From Acidimicrobiales bacterium (lineage in GTDB: Bacteria > Actinomycetota > Acidimicrobiia > Acidimicrobiales > SZUA-35), in contig JAWKIN010000010.1 of assembly GCA_041394345.1 (NCBI GenBank), forward strand, positions 23,287-87,286: a DNA stretch of 64,000 nucleotides. Direction: 5' to 3'. The notes below the pieces were generated by a model, which worked only from the letters and a program-made list of their open reading frames with translations, searched no databases and was not told the DNA's origin. The translations under genes and the position numbers were made by a program. The first letter of the stretch is position 1. Each line of letters starts with the position of its first letter. Of the stretch, positions 1 to 13,667 are shown piece after piece.

Positions 1-3000
1 GGCTCGCCTCTGGTGCGGCCATCTCGGAGGACACGACCGTCGGTACGATTCCGACCGCCACCTCCAACCCAACTGGCCCGACCTCGACGGGGTCGATCCC
101 GGTGGTTCCAGGATCGGCTGCGGCCAAGGCTGTGGCGCCCCTCGTTGACAATGGTGACGGTACGTTCACTGCGAGCTACACCGTGACGATTGCTAACAAC
201 GGCAACGAGTTGCTGAACGGCGTCCAGATCACCGATGATCTGGCCTCCAATTTTGCGCCCGGCTACACCGTGAGCAACCTGGCGTCGGCGACATTGGCGA
301 CGAACCCGGGCTTTGATGGCGATGGCGATCAGAACCTGCTCTCGGGCGTTGACACGCTGGCAATCGGCACCCAGGCGGTAGTGACATTCGACGTCACCTT
401 CACGCCGGTTTCGATCGCCTCCATCCCGAACCGCGCGTCGGTCTCTGGCACGGGCGATGTCTCAGGCGATGGCACATCTGCCCTCTCCACCGTCGGTGTT
501 GATCCGACCGACCCAGCCAACCTCGTTGGCCCCACCCTCACGACCGCAATGCCGATCACGTCCTCCGGCGCAGCGGCGAAGGCCGTCGACGCATTGGTCG
601 ACAATGGCGACGGAACGTTCACCACGAGCTACACCATTGTCGTTGCCAACAACGGCAACGAACGGCTGAACAACATTCAGATCAGCGACGATCTGGCAAC
701 CGCCTACCCGGCTGGTTACACGGTCAGCAACCTCACTTCTGGCACACTCAGTGTCAACAGTGGCTTTAACGGCGGACTCGATACAGCGATCCTCGACGGC
801 AGCGACACTCTCGCCGTCGGAGCATCAGGCTCTGTCTCGTTTGATGTCACCTTTGTGCCAGCGTCGACGTCGCCGATCAACAATCAGGCGACCCTTACCG
901 GCACGGGCGACGTAAGCGGCTCGGGCGTCTCGGTCACTACCTCAGTCGGTAGCAATCCGCTCGACCCAGCCAATCCGGTTGGCCCAACGCCAACTCCGGC
1001 GATACCCGTGGTTCCGGCCGTTGCTGCAGCCAAGGCTGTCGACCCGGTCGTCAACAACGGCGACGGCACATTCACGGTGTCGTACACGATCGCACTAGCG
1101 AACAACGGCAACGAGGTACTCGACTCGGTCCAGATCAGCGATGATCTCGCGTCGAACTTCCCCGCTGGCTACGTCGTCAACAACATCGTGTCAACGTTGA
1201 CCGTGAACGGTGCGTTCGATGGCTCGGCCAACCAAAACCTCTTGGCTGGCACGGACAGCCTTGCGGTGGGCGAGAGCGCATCGGTGAGCTTCGATGTCAC
1301 CTTCGTCCCAACCTCGTCGGCACCGATCAATAACCAGGCTGTGGCGAGCGGTACCGGTCGGGCATCGAGCGCCGGCGACGGCACCGACGACGGTCGGCAC
1401 GGATCCGACGGATCCGGCGAACCCGTCCGGTCCAACCGTGACTGGAGCCGATCGTTACGACGGCCGGGCCGGACTTGCCGCCAAGGCCACCGACGATCTG
1501 GTCGACAATGGCGACGGCACGTTCACCACGTCATACAGCATTGCGATTGCGAACGACGGCGACGAAGCCCTCGATGCAGTCCAGACTCAGCGATGACCTG
1601 GCAAGCAACTACCCCGCTGGCTACGTGGTGAGCGCCGTGGTCTCGTCGACCCTGGCGATCAACCCCAGCTTCGACGGTGGTGCCAACCAGAACCTTCTGC
1701 TCGGTACCGATTCGCTCGCTATCGGCGATATTGCCAGCGTGAGCTTCGATGTCACGTTCACCCCGGTGAGCACCGCATCTATCGGCAATCAAGCCGAATT
1801 CACCGCAACCGGCAGGGCATCAGGCTCGTCGATCTCGGTCCCGACGACCGTTGGCGGTAACCCAACCGACCCGACCAACCCGACTGGCCCCACGCCAACC
1901 GGTCCAGTCGAGCCGCATTCGGCGATCGGCGGGGCAAAGAACCTTGATTCACTCGTCGACAATGGCGACGGCAGCTTCACGGGTGCCTACACGTTCACTA
2001 TCGAGAACCTTGGATCTGAGGCCGTGGACAGTGCGTTCAGCTCAGCGATGCGCTTGTCGATCAGTTCACCGGTGGATTCAGCATCGATGCGCTGACCTCG
2101 GCTGCGCTGACTGTCAACCCTGGCTTCAACGGCACGACCGACCAAGATCTCTTGGCTGGTACTGACAGTCTGGCTCCCGGCGCTTCGGCCACCGTCTCGC
2201 TGACGGTGACGTTCACGCCCGACTCGGCCACGGTCGAAAATCAGGGCACCGTCACCGGCGTCGGTAGGACGTCGGGCAAGGACCTGACCGATATCACCGA
2301 CAGCGGCCTCGACGCGGACGCTGATGGCGACCGCGACCCGGGCAGCGCGGTGAAGGGCGACCCGGACGTCCACGGTACCGGCGTTGAACCCGACCGCCGG
2401 CGTAGCAAAGGCGTACACCGGCACGACCGGATAACGGCGACGGCACCTTCACCGTCGGCTACACGATCACGGTTGGTGCGTATGCCAACGAGAACATCGA
2501 CAACCTCCAGGTCGTCGAAGATCTCGCGGCGAACTTCCCCGCTGGCTTCACGATTGCTGGGCTGACGTCGGGCACGTTCTCGGTCAACCCCGATCTGACG
2601 GAACCACCGACCTCAACCTGCTCGACGGCACGGACTCGCTCGTGGTGGGCGCTTCCGGCTCGACCGACCTCGCCGTGCGGTTCACCCCCGTTAGCGTCGA
2701 CCCCATCGGTAACTCGGTTGTTGCCAATGGTGTTGGCTCAATCACGGGCACCTCAACGAGTGACGCTTCAGCTGACGGTCTCACCCCCGACCCTGACGGC
2801 AGCGGCTCACCGACCGAGGAGGGCATCACCACAACGCCACCGTTCAGCGTCACACCAGTGATCGTGGCGGCCAGCGCCTCGACTCCTTGGTCGACAACGG
2901 CGACGGCACGATGACCACGACCTACACCGTCTCACCAATACCGGCAACGAGGTGCTGTCTGGTGTCCAGATCACCGATCAAGTTGAGCGGCCGCCACCAG

Positions 3001-5295
3001 CGGGCTACACGGTGTCGGGTGTGACTGTCTGACCTCACGGTCAACGCTGGCTTCAACGGATCGACCAACACCAATCTGCTGACCGGTGCCGACAATCTGG
3101 CTATTGGGGCGCAGGGATCGGTGGCGCCGTTCGCCGTCACGTTCGTGCCGGTCTCGGCCGCCTCGATCGACAACCAAGCCGTCGCCATGGGAACTGGTAG
3201 GGTTTCCGGCGGAAACACCACGGCCCTGTCATCGGTCGGCTCCGACCACGTGATCCTCAGCGATCCAGTCGGCCCAACCCCAACTGGTCCGATGCCGCTG
3301 GCTCCAGCCAGCCGCTCGGCCAAGTCACTCGAGTCCCTGGTCGACAACGGTGACGGGACGTTCACGACAAACTACGTCATCTCCGTCACCAACACCGGCA
3401 ACGAAGCATCTCCGTTGGACTCCAGGTCACCGACGACCTGGCGTCGAACTACCTGCCTGGCTACACGGTCAGCGGCTTGGCGTCGCTGTCGCTGGCCATC
3501 AATGCCAGCTTCGACGGTGGACTCGATCAGAATCTGTTGGTCAGGCACCACGCCGTTGGCGGTCGGCGAAACAGGCAAGATCCGTTACGCCGTCACCTTT
3601 ACCCCGGTGTCGGTCGACCCGATCGACAACCTGGGTATCGCTAGTGCACCGGTGGAGCGAGTGGCCAACCGGCCGTCTCGACTACGACGATCGCGACCAA
3701 TCCGACCGACCCAACCAACCCCCGTTGGGCCCACGTCAACCGGTCCATTCTGCTGGCACCACAGGCTGGTGCGGCGAAGCAGGTCGATGGCGCCGCTGTC
3801 GGCCAACGGTGACGGCACCTTCTCGGTGACGTTCCGATTCACGATCGAGAACCCGGGCAATGAGCCTGTGACCAACGTGCAGCTCAACGATGAGCTGAGT
3901 GCCTTCGGCGATGATGTCGTCGTCAACTCAGTGACCTCGAGCGACTTCGTCGTCAACCCGGCCTACAACGCGGGGCCGATGATGCACTTCTGGTCGGCAC
4001 GGACAGTCTGGCCGTTGGTCAAAGCGGCATTGTCCGCATGACGCTGACGTGGACACCGGATGCCGGCTCCACCGATAACCAGGCTTCGGCGACGTCAACC
4101 GGTGTGATCAGTGGGGACGCCTCGAGCGACCTCTCAACCAACGGTGCGAACCCGGATCCCGATGGCAACGGCACGCCCGATGAGGAAGGCGTTACCAAGG
4201 TCACGCCACCATTCAAGGCAGTCGTGGCTGGCGCTGAAGTCGGTCGTTGACTGGAAGACCAACGCCAACGGATCAGTAACGGTCCGCTACACGATCCGCC
4301 TCGGAACGAGTCAAACCAACCAATCAACAAGATCCAGGTGAAGGATGACGGTGCCCAGCTGGGTGAAGTCCTGACGGCCAGGTCGTTGCCACCGCGACAA
4401 CCTGACCGCCAATGCCTCCTTCGATGGTTCGTCGGACATTACCTTTGGCTGGTACCACTCGCTCGCTCAGGGCGAGGAAGGTTGGGTCACGGTCGACTTT
4501 ACGGTCTACGCAAAGGCGAAGACGCTCGAGAACGTCGCCCAGGTCCTGGGCTCTGGTCTCTACAACAACGTGTCGGCCACCGCCGCAACAACCGTTGGCA
4601 CCTCGCTGCCTGGCGCAGGTTGGCGGGCCGACGCCGCTCGAGCTCGATGGCTCGTCGATCGGCGGCGTGGCCTGGGAAGATACCGCTAACCTCAACGGCA
4701 TCTATGATGCTGGCGAACCGCTGCTGCCTGGTGTGACTGTCGTTCTCCTGCCCATCCAGGGTGGCGAATGGGACCATGCCTGGCCAATCGGTCCGGACGG
4801 CAAGCGCGGGAAAGGCCGCCAGCGCGCGACCGCAGTCACGGACGAGAACGCCGCTACTACTTTGGCCCACTACCCGATGGCAACTATCGCATCGAGTACG
4901 TGAGTGAGAACGGCAGAATGATCACGCCGAAGGTGAATCGTGGTAACGACGATTCGGTCGACAGCGACTTCGACAGCGGAACCAGGAAGACGGCCGTTCT
5001 ACGGATCGTCGACGGTTCGCTCGAATGCGCCCGACCTATGTTCAGACTCGAATCGGTATCGATCGGATTTCGCACTGCGGCTCCAATGCCGGTAGCGGCA
5101 CACCGTCCACCGGACCAAGCCAGAATGGTGGCGGCGCCACCGGCCTGTGCCAACGGCGGCCGCCCGACTACCCTGGCGTTCACCGGCTCGACGACTCGCC
5201 CATCATCGGCCTCGGTGTTGCGCTCATGGCCATTGGCTGGTTCATGATGGTCGCCACCCGGCGCCGTGAAGAGGACGAAGAAGAGGTCGTTGGCG

Positions 5296-5303
<8 letters not shown>
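1..5303 (+). CDS. Giant sortase-anchored surface protein, C-terminal 5.3 kb (DUF11-type repeats, SdrD-B/Cna-B-like domain, LAFTG sorting signal); 5' partial; frame broken about 10 times
   Basis: Open from base 1. ORFs 102..1631, 1475..2095, 2152..2565, 2642..2914, 3121..4041, 4038..4250, 4412..4903, 4768..5247 and 5025..5303 carry the same module: AAKAVD-LVDNGDGTFT-SYTI-ANNGNE-L--VQI-DDLA--PAGY ... GTDSLA-G ... FDVTF-P ... PTDP-NP-GPTPT. This is followed by GGVAWEDTANLNGIYDAGEPLLPGVTVVLL ... YYFGPLPDGNYRIEY ... DSVDSDFD, then LAFTG at 5173..5187, a hydrophobic IIGLGVALMAIGWFMMVA segment and an RRREEDEEE tail. Stop at 5301..5303. Confidence 0.8.
117..4600 (+). repeat. About ten diverged tandem coding repeats, period about 453 bp (151 aa), inside the surface protein gene
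   Basis: The LVDNGDGTF-type module start recurs near 117, 570, 1023, 1470, 1925, 2400, 2860, 3310, 3770 and 4220. Positions were read from the ORF translations. Confidence 0.8.
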
Positions 5304-7279
<1,976 letters not shown>

Positions 7280-8215
7280 CTAGGTCTCCGGCGCCTGCAT
7301 TCGAGCGTCACGAAGGACTTCCGCCAGGGTTTGGCGCAGGGAGAAGGTCGGTGTCCAACCGGTGGCGTCGCGCAACTTGACTGCACTCCCACGATGGACG
7401 GGAAGGTCGATGGGGCGAATGAGCGCCTCGTCGACGTAGGTCGTGATGTCGACCGTCGACTGCTTGATGAGCTGATCGAGGACATCAGACATGGCGACGT
7501 CAACACCAGTACAAATATTGTATGTCTCGCCACTCACGCCCCGCTCGGCGAGTAGGCGATAGGCCCGCACGACATCGCGAACGTCGGTCAGGTCACGCCG
7601 GGTCGAGAGGTCGCCGTGGCCGAGCGAGCCGCCGCCGGCGCGCTCGCATGCTGCTATTTGGGCCGCGAACGACGGAGCCACGAACCCGGGGCCTTGCCCA
7701 GCGCCCAGGTGGTTGAACGGGCGGGCGATGACAACCTCTTGGCCCCAGCCGAGGTGGGCCTGTCTGGCCACCGCTTCGGCCGCCTCCTTGCTCATCCCGT
7801 AGGGTGAGCGGGGTCGGACAGGGGAGCGTTCGGTCAACGGGAGTTCGTCGGGTCGAACAAGGCCATAGATGTCGGCGCTCGACACGACAATCGTGCGGCC
7901 GACGTTCATGATCCTCGCCGCGTCGAGCACATGGAGCGTGCCGCGAGCGTTGACGTCGAACGCCGTAAGTGGGTTTTGCCAGGACGCGCCGACATCGCTC
8001 CATCCAGCGAGGTGGTAGACGACGTCGGGCCGCTCGTGCTCAAAGAGATCGAGCCACCCTTGGTGATCGAGTAGGTCAGGGCCAGACCCTCGGTCGATAA
8101 GTACGAAAGTGTCGCCCTCATCCTGCAAATGGTGAGCGAGATGGGGGCCTACAAACCCCGCCGCCCCGGTGACAAGCGCCTTCATTGACAACTCCGCATG
8201 CTGAACATCGGCCAT
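7280..8215 (-). CDS. rmd: GDP-4-keto-6-deoxy-D-mannose reductase-like NAD-dependent epimerase/dehydratase (Rmd-like)
   Basis: Intact ORF: KALVTGAAGFVG, SSADIYG, RSPYGMSKEAAE, ARPFNHLGAGQGPGFV..FAAQIA, GDLSTRRDLTDVRDVVRAYRLL..ETYNICTG. It sits immediately upstream of gmd. The start may be the internal MKAL at 8185. Confidence 0.75.
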   Translation of the reverse strand: MADVQHAELSMKALVTGAAGFVGPHLAHHLQDEGDTFVLIDRGSGPDLLDHQGWLDLFEHERPDVVYHLAGWSDVGASWQNPLTAFDVNARGTLHVLDAARIMNVGRTIVVSSADIYGLVRPDELPLTERSPVRPRSPYGMSKEAAEAVARQAHLGWGQEVVIARPFNHLGAGQGPGFVAPSFAAQIAACERAGGGSLGHGDLSTRRDLTDVRDVVRAYRLLAERGVSGETYNICTGVDVAMSDVLDQLIKQSTVDITTYVDEALIRPIDLPVHRGSAVKLRDATGWTPTFSLRQTLAEVLRDARMQAPET

Positions 8216-8418
8216 GTTCGAAGAGAGGGTCGACCTTACTCCGAACCGGCCCCGAACAGCGGGATCATCTGTCCCGGTAAACGCGTCGCCAGCATCGGCA
8301 GCCTGACCACACTCGCGTCGCGGGCGGGGTAGTCTGTGGCCCTCGTTATGGGAACTCCAACCGACCCAACTTCGCCGAACTCGTCGACGACGCGACCATT
8401 GCCATCGACGACGATGCC

Positions 8419-11400
8419 GTGGTTGCGAGTGCTGACGCGACGTCGACCATCGACGAACCCGTCGCCCCGGCGGTGGTCGCCGTCATCGTCACCTCAAACC
8501 CAAACGATGGCTTTGAAGAATGCCTGCAGTCGATTATCGACCAAGACCGAGCGTGTCCGTCGTTGCTCGTTATCGATGCTGGCAGTGATGAACCGGCTGC
8601 CGACCGCGCCGCCCTCATCGCGCCCTCTGCTTTCGTCCATCGTCTGGCCAACAATCCGGGGCGAGCGGCGGCCGCCGACCAGGCGCTCGAACTCGTTACT
8701 GGCGCCCAGTTCCTCTTGTTCTGCCACGACGATGTCGTTCTCGAATCACACGCCGTCTCGGCCATGGTCGAAGAAGTGTTCCGCTCCAACGCGGGCATCG
8801 TTGGTCCGAAGATTGTCGACTGGGACGATGCTCGTCGGCTGCGCCACGTCGGCATACTGGACCGATTCGGGGTCCAGGTCGACCTCATTGAGCCGGGCGA
8901 CTTCGACCAAGAACAATACGACGTCGTTCGCGATGTCTTCGTCGTGCCGAGCGCAGTGTCCAATTTGTCCGGGCCGATCTCTTCCGGGCCTCCATGGTTC
9001 GATCGAGGCCAGCCGAAGTTCGGCGACGATCTCGACCTGTGTTGGCGTTGCCTACGTTGCTGGAGCTCGTCATGGTCGTGCCGAAGCGCCGTGGCTCGAC
9101 ATCGGGCTGAAGAACTCGTTGGTGTATCGGTCGACGATCGTCGGCGATCCTCGCCCGCGTCGGCTCCGCACCCTGCTCATCACCGGTTCGCGCTCGACGC
9201 CTGTGCGGTTCCTGCCACTGATGCTCATCCTTGGTCCTGCTGGAGAGCCTCTACCCATACTGGCCGGTCGACGCCGCCAGGCCGTCGACGTAATCGGTGC
9301 CATTGGATGGAACATCAGCCACCTCGGCGACATTCGAACCCGTCGCAAGGCGTTGGCCGCAATTCGGCAGATTCCCGACAGCGAGGTTCGGGCCCTGCAG
9401 GCTGGCGGGTCCGCCCGAGTGTCGTCCTTTCTGCGCAACCAGCTCGGCGGCTCGCAGGGCAAGGTGCTCGGGTTCTTCGGCGGTGCGAAGCTCACTCTCG
9501 ATGAAGACGACGCGGGAATTGTCCGCGACGGATTCCTGCTGCTGAGTTTCACCAGCCTGATGATCCTGTTCGGCAGTCGGCATTTGTTGACTCGCGCCAT
9601 TGAGCCTGTCGGTCTCATCCCCGATCTCCAGGCCGGCGCCTTCTCCGAATGGTGGGGCGGCTGGCGCGGGGTTGGTGTTGGCGGTGCTGGCCATGCGCCA
9701 ACAGCACTCATCGTGCTCAGCGTGGTGAAGACGGTGCTCTTGGGCAGCTGCGTGACCGCTGTTCCGGATTGTGCTGGTTGTGGGCCCGTTCATCGCTGGT
9801 TCATTCGGGATGTGGCGCCTGGTTCGCCCATTCGGGAGTCATCGGGCTGCGGGCGCGTCAACCATGGTCTACGTCTGCACCCCACTCATTCCCGCCATCA
9901 TGGCCAATGCCCGCTGGGATGCCCTCGTCATTTGGGCTGCCGCGCCATTCTTGCTTGTCACTCTTCCGGGTGCAGGGCGCCCAGCCGTTTGGGTCGCGGC
10001 CAGACAGCGCCGGTGCGGGCGTGGTGCCACGCGAAGCCGGGGTTCGACTGGTTCGCTGGGGTCTGTTGGTCGCCTTGATCGCCACGTTCGTTCCTGCCGT
10101 GGTGGTCATTGCGTCGGGGCCTTGCTGGTCGTCGGTCACGCATCCTCCTCGCTCGGCCAGCTGGTGTTGCTCGACTCGTGATCGCGGCGGTCGTGGCCGT
10201 CGTGTCTCCAGCGGCCCTCCATATCCCGTGGTCCTATGACGTGTTGGCGAAAGGATCATGGTCGTGGCTGGTCGGACCAAACTCCGCCTATGCCAACTTC
10301 GACTCGATGGCCGACCTTGTTCGGTTCGCCCGGACCCGCGGCCTGTCGCTTCTCGCCATTGGCGTCTTGCTCGCGGCTGGCGTGGCCCTCGTGGTTGGCC
10401 GAGGGCACCGGTTCGATGCTGGCGCCACCGGCTGGATTGTGGCAACGGTGGCTTTGTCATGGTGTGGGCGGGCGACGCGGCGGATCGGCGTCGATCTACC
10501 GGCGCCCGAGCTCGTCCTTTGCCTTCTCGGCCGCTGGGCCTGCGCTTCTCGGTCGGCGTGGCGATTCGTTCGGTCGAATCCGGATCTGGCGGCCTTCCGG
10601 TTTGGCTGGCGGCAAGGAACCGCAATCGCTGGGCTCATCGGCATCGCGCTACCGCAGTGCTCGGCATTGGCAGCTCGTCAGTGGCGTCGATGGGACCTCC
10701 CGACCAACGGCTACGGGGCATCGGTGGCTCCGCTGACCGCCACCGTCGATGGCACCGTTCGGGTGTTGTTCATCGGCGATCCAGGCGTCATGCCAATCGA
10801 CACCCTGCGCAGCGAGGGCGGCATTTCCTACGCCGTGAGCGACAATTTTGCCATCGACGCCACTCGCCGATGGGTCCCTGGTGCCTACGGTGAATCGGCC
10901 CACGTCGGTGAACTGCTCGACCTTGCGGCCAGCGGCGACACGGCGCGGCTCGGCCGGCTCTTGTCGGCGTATGGCATCGACCTGGTGGTTGTCGTCCCGC
11001 AGATCGCACCGCCTCCGTTCACGGCCGCTGCCCTATCCGGTGGGGCGGCCATCGAAGACGCCCTGGCGTCGCAGCTCGACCTGAAGCGGGTCACCGGCAC
11101 CCCGCCGCTCTTGGTTTACCGAAATGCATCGAGCAACGGCCCGGCGGTATCCCTCGACGTCGACACGGCGCCGCTTGGTGGTTCGGTGCTCGATCTGGTG
11201 GCGGTCGATCTCGCCGCAGCCCCTCGCGTACCACTCAGAGTTGAAGCGGGCGGGCGTTGGGTCGGCGACGTGCCGGCCGACAAGTTGATCGTCGTCGCGG
11301 CCGATGCCGCCGGGTGGTCGATCGAGGGGGCACGAGACACCGTCGGCCAAGGGCTTGGCGGCAATATCGTTGTTGGCGCGGGCGACGAGGGAGCGGTCAC

Positions 11401-11509
11401 GCTGTCGTACCGCACCGACTGGGTTCGTCGAGCTTTGCTCGCAGCCCAGTTCTGTCTCGTGTTTGTCGGCGTGCAGATTGGCCGGCAACGGCGGAGGACG
11501 GTCGCATGA
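8419..11509 (+). CDS. Family 2 glycosyltransferase fused to a large polytopic membrane domain (about 1030 aa), at least 4 frame breaks
   Basis: 8419..9504 reads VAVIVTSNP..IIDQD..LLVIDAGSDE..FCHDDVV..GPKIVDWDD..FGDDLDLCWR (GT-A/GT2 motifs). It continues in frames 8336..10078, 9771..10181 and 10109..11509 with many hydrophobic helices (LLSFTSLMILFG, LVVGPFIAGSFGMW, LLAIGVLLAAGVALVV). Confidence 0.7.
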
Positions 11510-13122
11510 TCCGCTGGACAACTATCGTCGGGTTGCTTGCGATCCTGCTCGGCGATTGGCTACGACCGAGCGTCGCTCGCCCCGGAGCCCGTGCCACAGT
11601 GGTGGCGGCGCCCGTGCGAACGCCCGCCCCTTCGAGACCCCGTTCGCCAGTCCACCGTGTGGTACTGCCCAGCCGGGTCCAGCAGCATCGACGGATTTGC
11701 TGATCACAGCGTCGTGGTCACCAATATTGGCGACACCCCGGTCGCCGCCGAGGTTGCGCTGGTATCAGGCGAGGGCGCAGGCCTGCGCTCAAGGTCACCG
11801 TCGCCCGCTTACCAGCGAGGTCGTCAAGCTTGCGATCTGGCGATGCAGGCGCACGCAGGTGCGGTTGTCGACATCGTCGGCGGCAACGCCCTGGTCAGCC
11901 ACCAGGTGGTGACGGCTACGGCTCGCCGAGCGGGCCGTGTCATACATCGTTGGCCGAGCAGTGGTATCTCGCGCCGGGTTCAACCGCTCGCGCACTCGCA
12001 CAACTATGTCGTTCTCCTCAATCCGTTCTCGAGCGATGTGGTATTCACCGCAACCTTCCAGACCGAGACCCGCACTCGTGAGCCGAGCGACCTCGAGCGG
12101 GCCGTGGTGCCAGCCCGTTCGGTGCGGGTGATCGACGTCGGCGACTATGTGGCGTGAGGCCATTGTCGCCACGACCATTACAACGGTCCAGGGCGGCCGC
12201 CTGGCGGTCGAGCAACTCCAGACTCGCAGCGGCGAGCTCGGTCCAGTTGGCGCAAGCCTCAACCTTGGTGTGGCGACGCCGGCAACGACCTGGACCTTGC
12301 CCTGCGGGGCGGCTCATCCAAGGCGGCGACAATCGCATCGAGGTCTTCAATCCAAGCGACACCGTGGCCCAGGTCGATCTCCAACTCGATCCCCTCGACC
12401 CGGCCGATCGGGGGAGCTACGGCCTGGTCCCAATCGAGCTGACAATCCAGCCTGGTCGGGTGCAGAGTTTCGACCTTGCGGCGGCGCTCGACTCGTACAC
12501 ACTGCCTTACTCGTACGAGCTTGGTGTCACCGCCATTTCGACCAACGGGGTCCCTATTGTTGTCGATCGTTGGCAACTGACGCCCGCCATCGATACGTCG
12601 TTGATCGGTGCCGGGGGAGACAACGCCTCTGAAGTCGACGCTGCGGCGACCGACGACACGACAGCCGACACCGAGCCGGTCGCCGAAGAGCCAGTCGACC
12701 CCGAGACGGCCGCCGGTGAGGCCGATGCGCAGGCCAGCATCGATCTCATTCGTGGCGATCCCGCGTTGGCCCCTCCGGTACAGCCCGACCCAACGATCGG
12801 GATCACGAGTAGCCATGGCGTGTCTGAGCTCTCCAATCGGTGGATCATTCCGCAGATGAGCACGCTCGATGGTGAGCGTTCGGTGGTCGTTGTGTCGGCC
12901 CCGGTTGGTGCACTGGTCGAGGTCCGATTGGTTGTGGCGGGCGAGATTCTCGATCCGGTGCGAGTGTCGGTGCCGTCGTCGGGGCGCGCGCTCGTCGTGA
13001 TCGATCCGGTTGCGGCATCAGCTGTTGTGATGGTGCAGGCCGACTCGCCTATTGCGGCAATTGGGGTCGTGGTCGATCCCGGGGTCGACTACCAACTCAT
13101 CGCTGGCATCCCGATCCTCTAA
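11506..13122 (+). CDS. Membrane-anchored exported protein, DUF5719-like (assignment tentative), at least 3 frame breaks
   Basis: ATG 11506 overlaps the GT2 stop (ATGA). The N-terminal anchor is MIRWTTIVGLLAILLG. Then YCPAGSSSIDGFADHSVVVTNIGDTPV..., NYVVLLNPFSSDVVFTATFQTE and IEVFNPSDTVAQVDLQLDP. The family call is from memory of a conserved actinobacterial GT2 neighbour. Confidence 0.45.
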
Positions 13123-13138
13123 CCCCGCCCCAATTTGC

Positions 13139-13226
13139 GAAGTGGCCACTTATACGCCCATTTCCGGGCGCAGAAGTGGCTGCTTTTACGCCCATTTCCG
13201 GGCGTGGAAGTGGCTGCTTTTACGGC
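13139..13226. repeat. 34-bp tandem repeat, about 2.6 copies, intergenic
   Basis: Units start at 13139, 13173 and 13207: gaagtggc(c/t)(a/g)ctt(a/t)tacgcccatttccgggcg(ca/tg). Each unit contains a small hairpin, cgccc-atttcc-gggcg. Confidence 0.9.
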
Positions 13227-13244
13227 CGGTTGTAGGGTTTGGCG

Positions 13245-13658
13245 ATGGATACGCCCCAACTCCTCCTGCTGCTCGGCCTCTCGCTGGTCGCAGCAGCGGT
13301 CGCGTTCGGTCTTCAACGCCGCCGACCAGAGCCGCCAACGGCGCCGTCATACCGAGCGCCTGGTCAGGTCGACCGTGACGACTTTGCCGAGCCCGGCGCG
13401 CCCACGCTGGTCGTGGTGTTCACGGCCGTGACATGCGGGGGCTGTGCGGCAGTGTGGGACCAGGTGCAGGCGCTGGCGAGCGATGAGGTGGCGGTACAAA
13501 ACGTCGAGGTATCGGCCGACGCCTCGCTCCACAAGCGCTACCGCATCGACGGTGTGCCGACGACCCTCGTCGTCGGCACCGATGGTGCAGTCTCAGCCTC
13601 ATTTTTCGGGCCTGTGTCGGACGATGACCTGACGCTTGCGCTCCTCGGCCAGTCCTAG
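13245..13658 (+). CDS. Membrane-anchored thioredoxin-fold protein (CGGC active site)
   Basis: N-terminal TM segment LLLLLGLSLVAAAVAFG, then TLVVVFTAVTCGGCAAVW..YRIDGVPTTLVVGTDG (Trx fold). ATG at 13245; an alternative TTG is at 13239. Confidence 0.75.
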   Translation: MDTPQLLLLLGLSLVAAAVAFGLQRRRPEPPTAPSYRAPGQVDRDDFAEPGAPTLVVVFTAVTCGGCAAVWDQVQALASDEVAVQNVEVSADASLHKRYRIDGVPTTLVVGTDGAVSASFFGPVSDDDLTLALLGQS

Positions 13659-13667
13659 CCGTTCGTC

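Noticed and set aside
8336-10078. The 580-aa ORF as a single gene.
   Set aside because: Its first 230 or so codons are an out-of-frame reading (Ser/Thr/Pro/Arg-rich) of the GT2 catalytic domain that is clearly encoded in frame 8419..9504. Only the later part of this frame is genuine coding.
13139-13226. CRISPR-like array.
   Set aside because: The units are directly abutting, with no spacers. There are only about 2.6 copies and no cas genes anywhere in the window.
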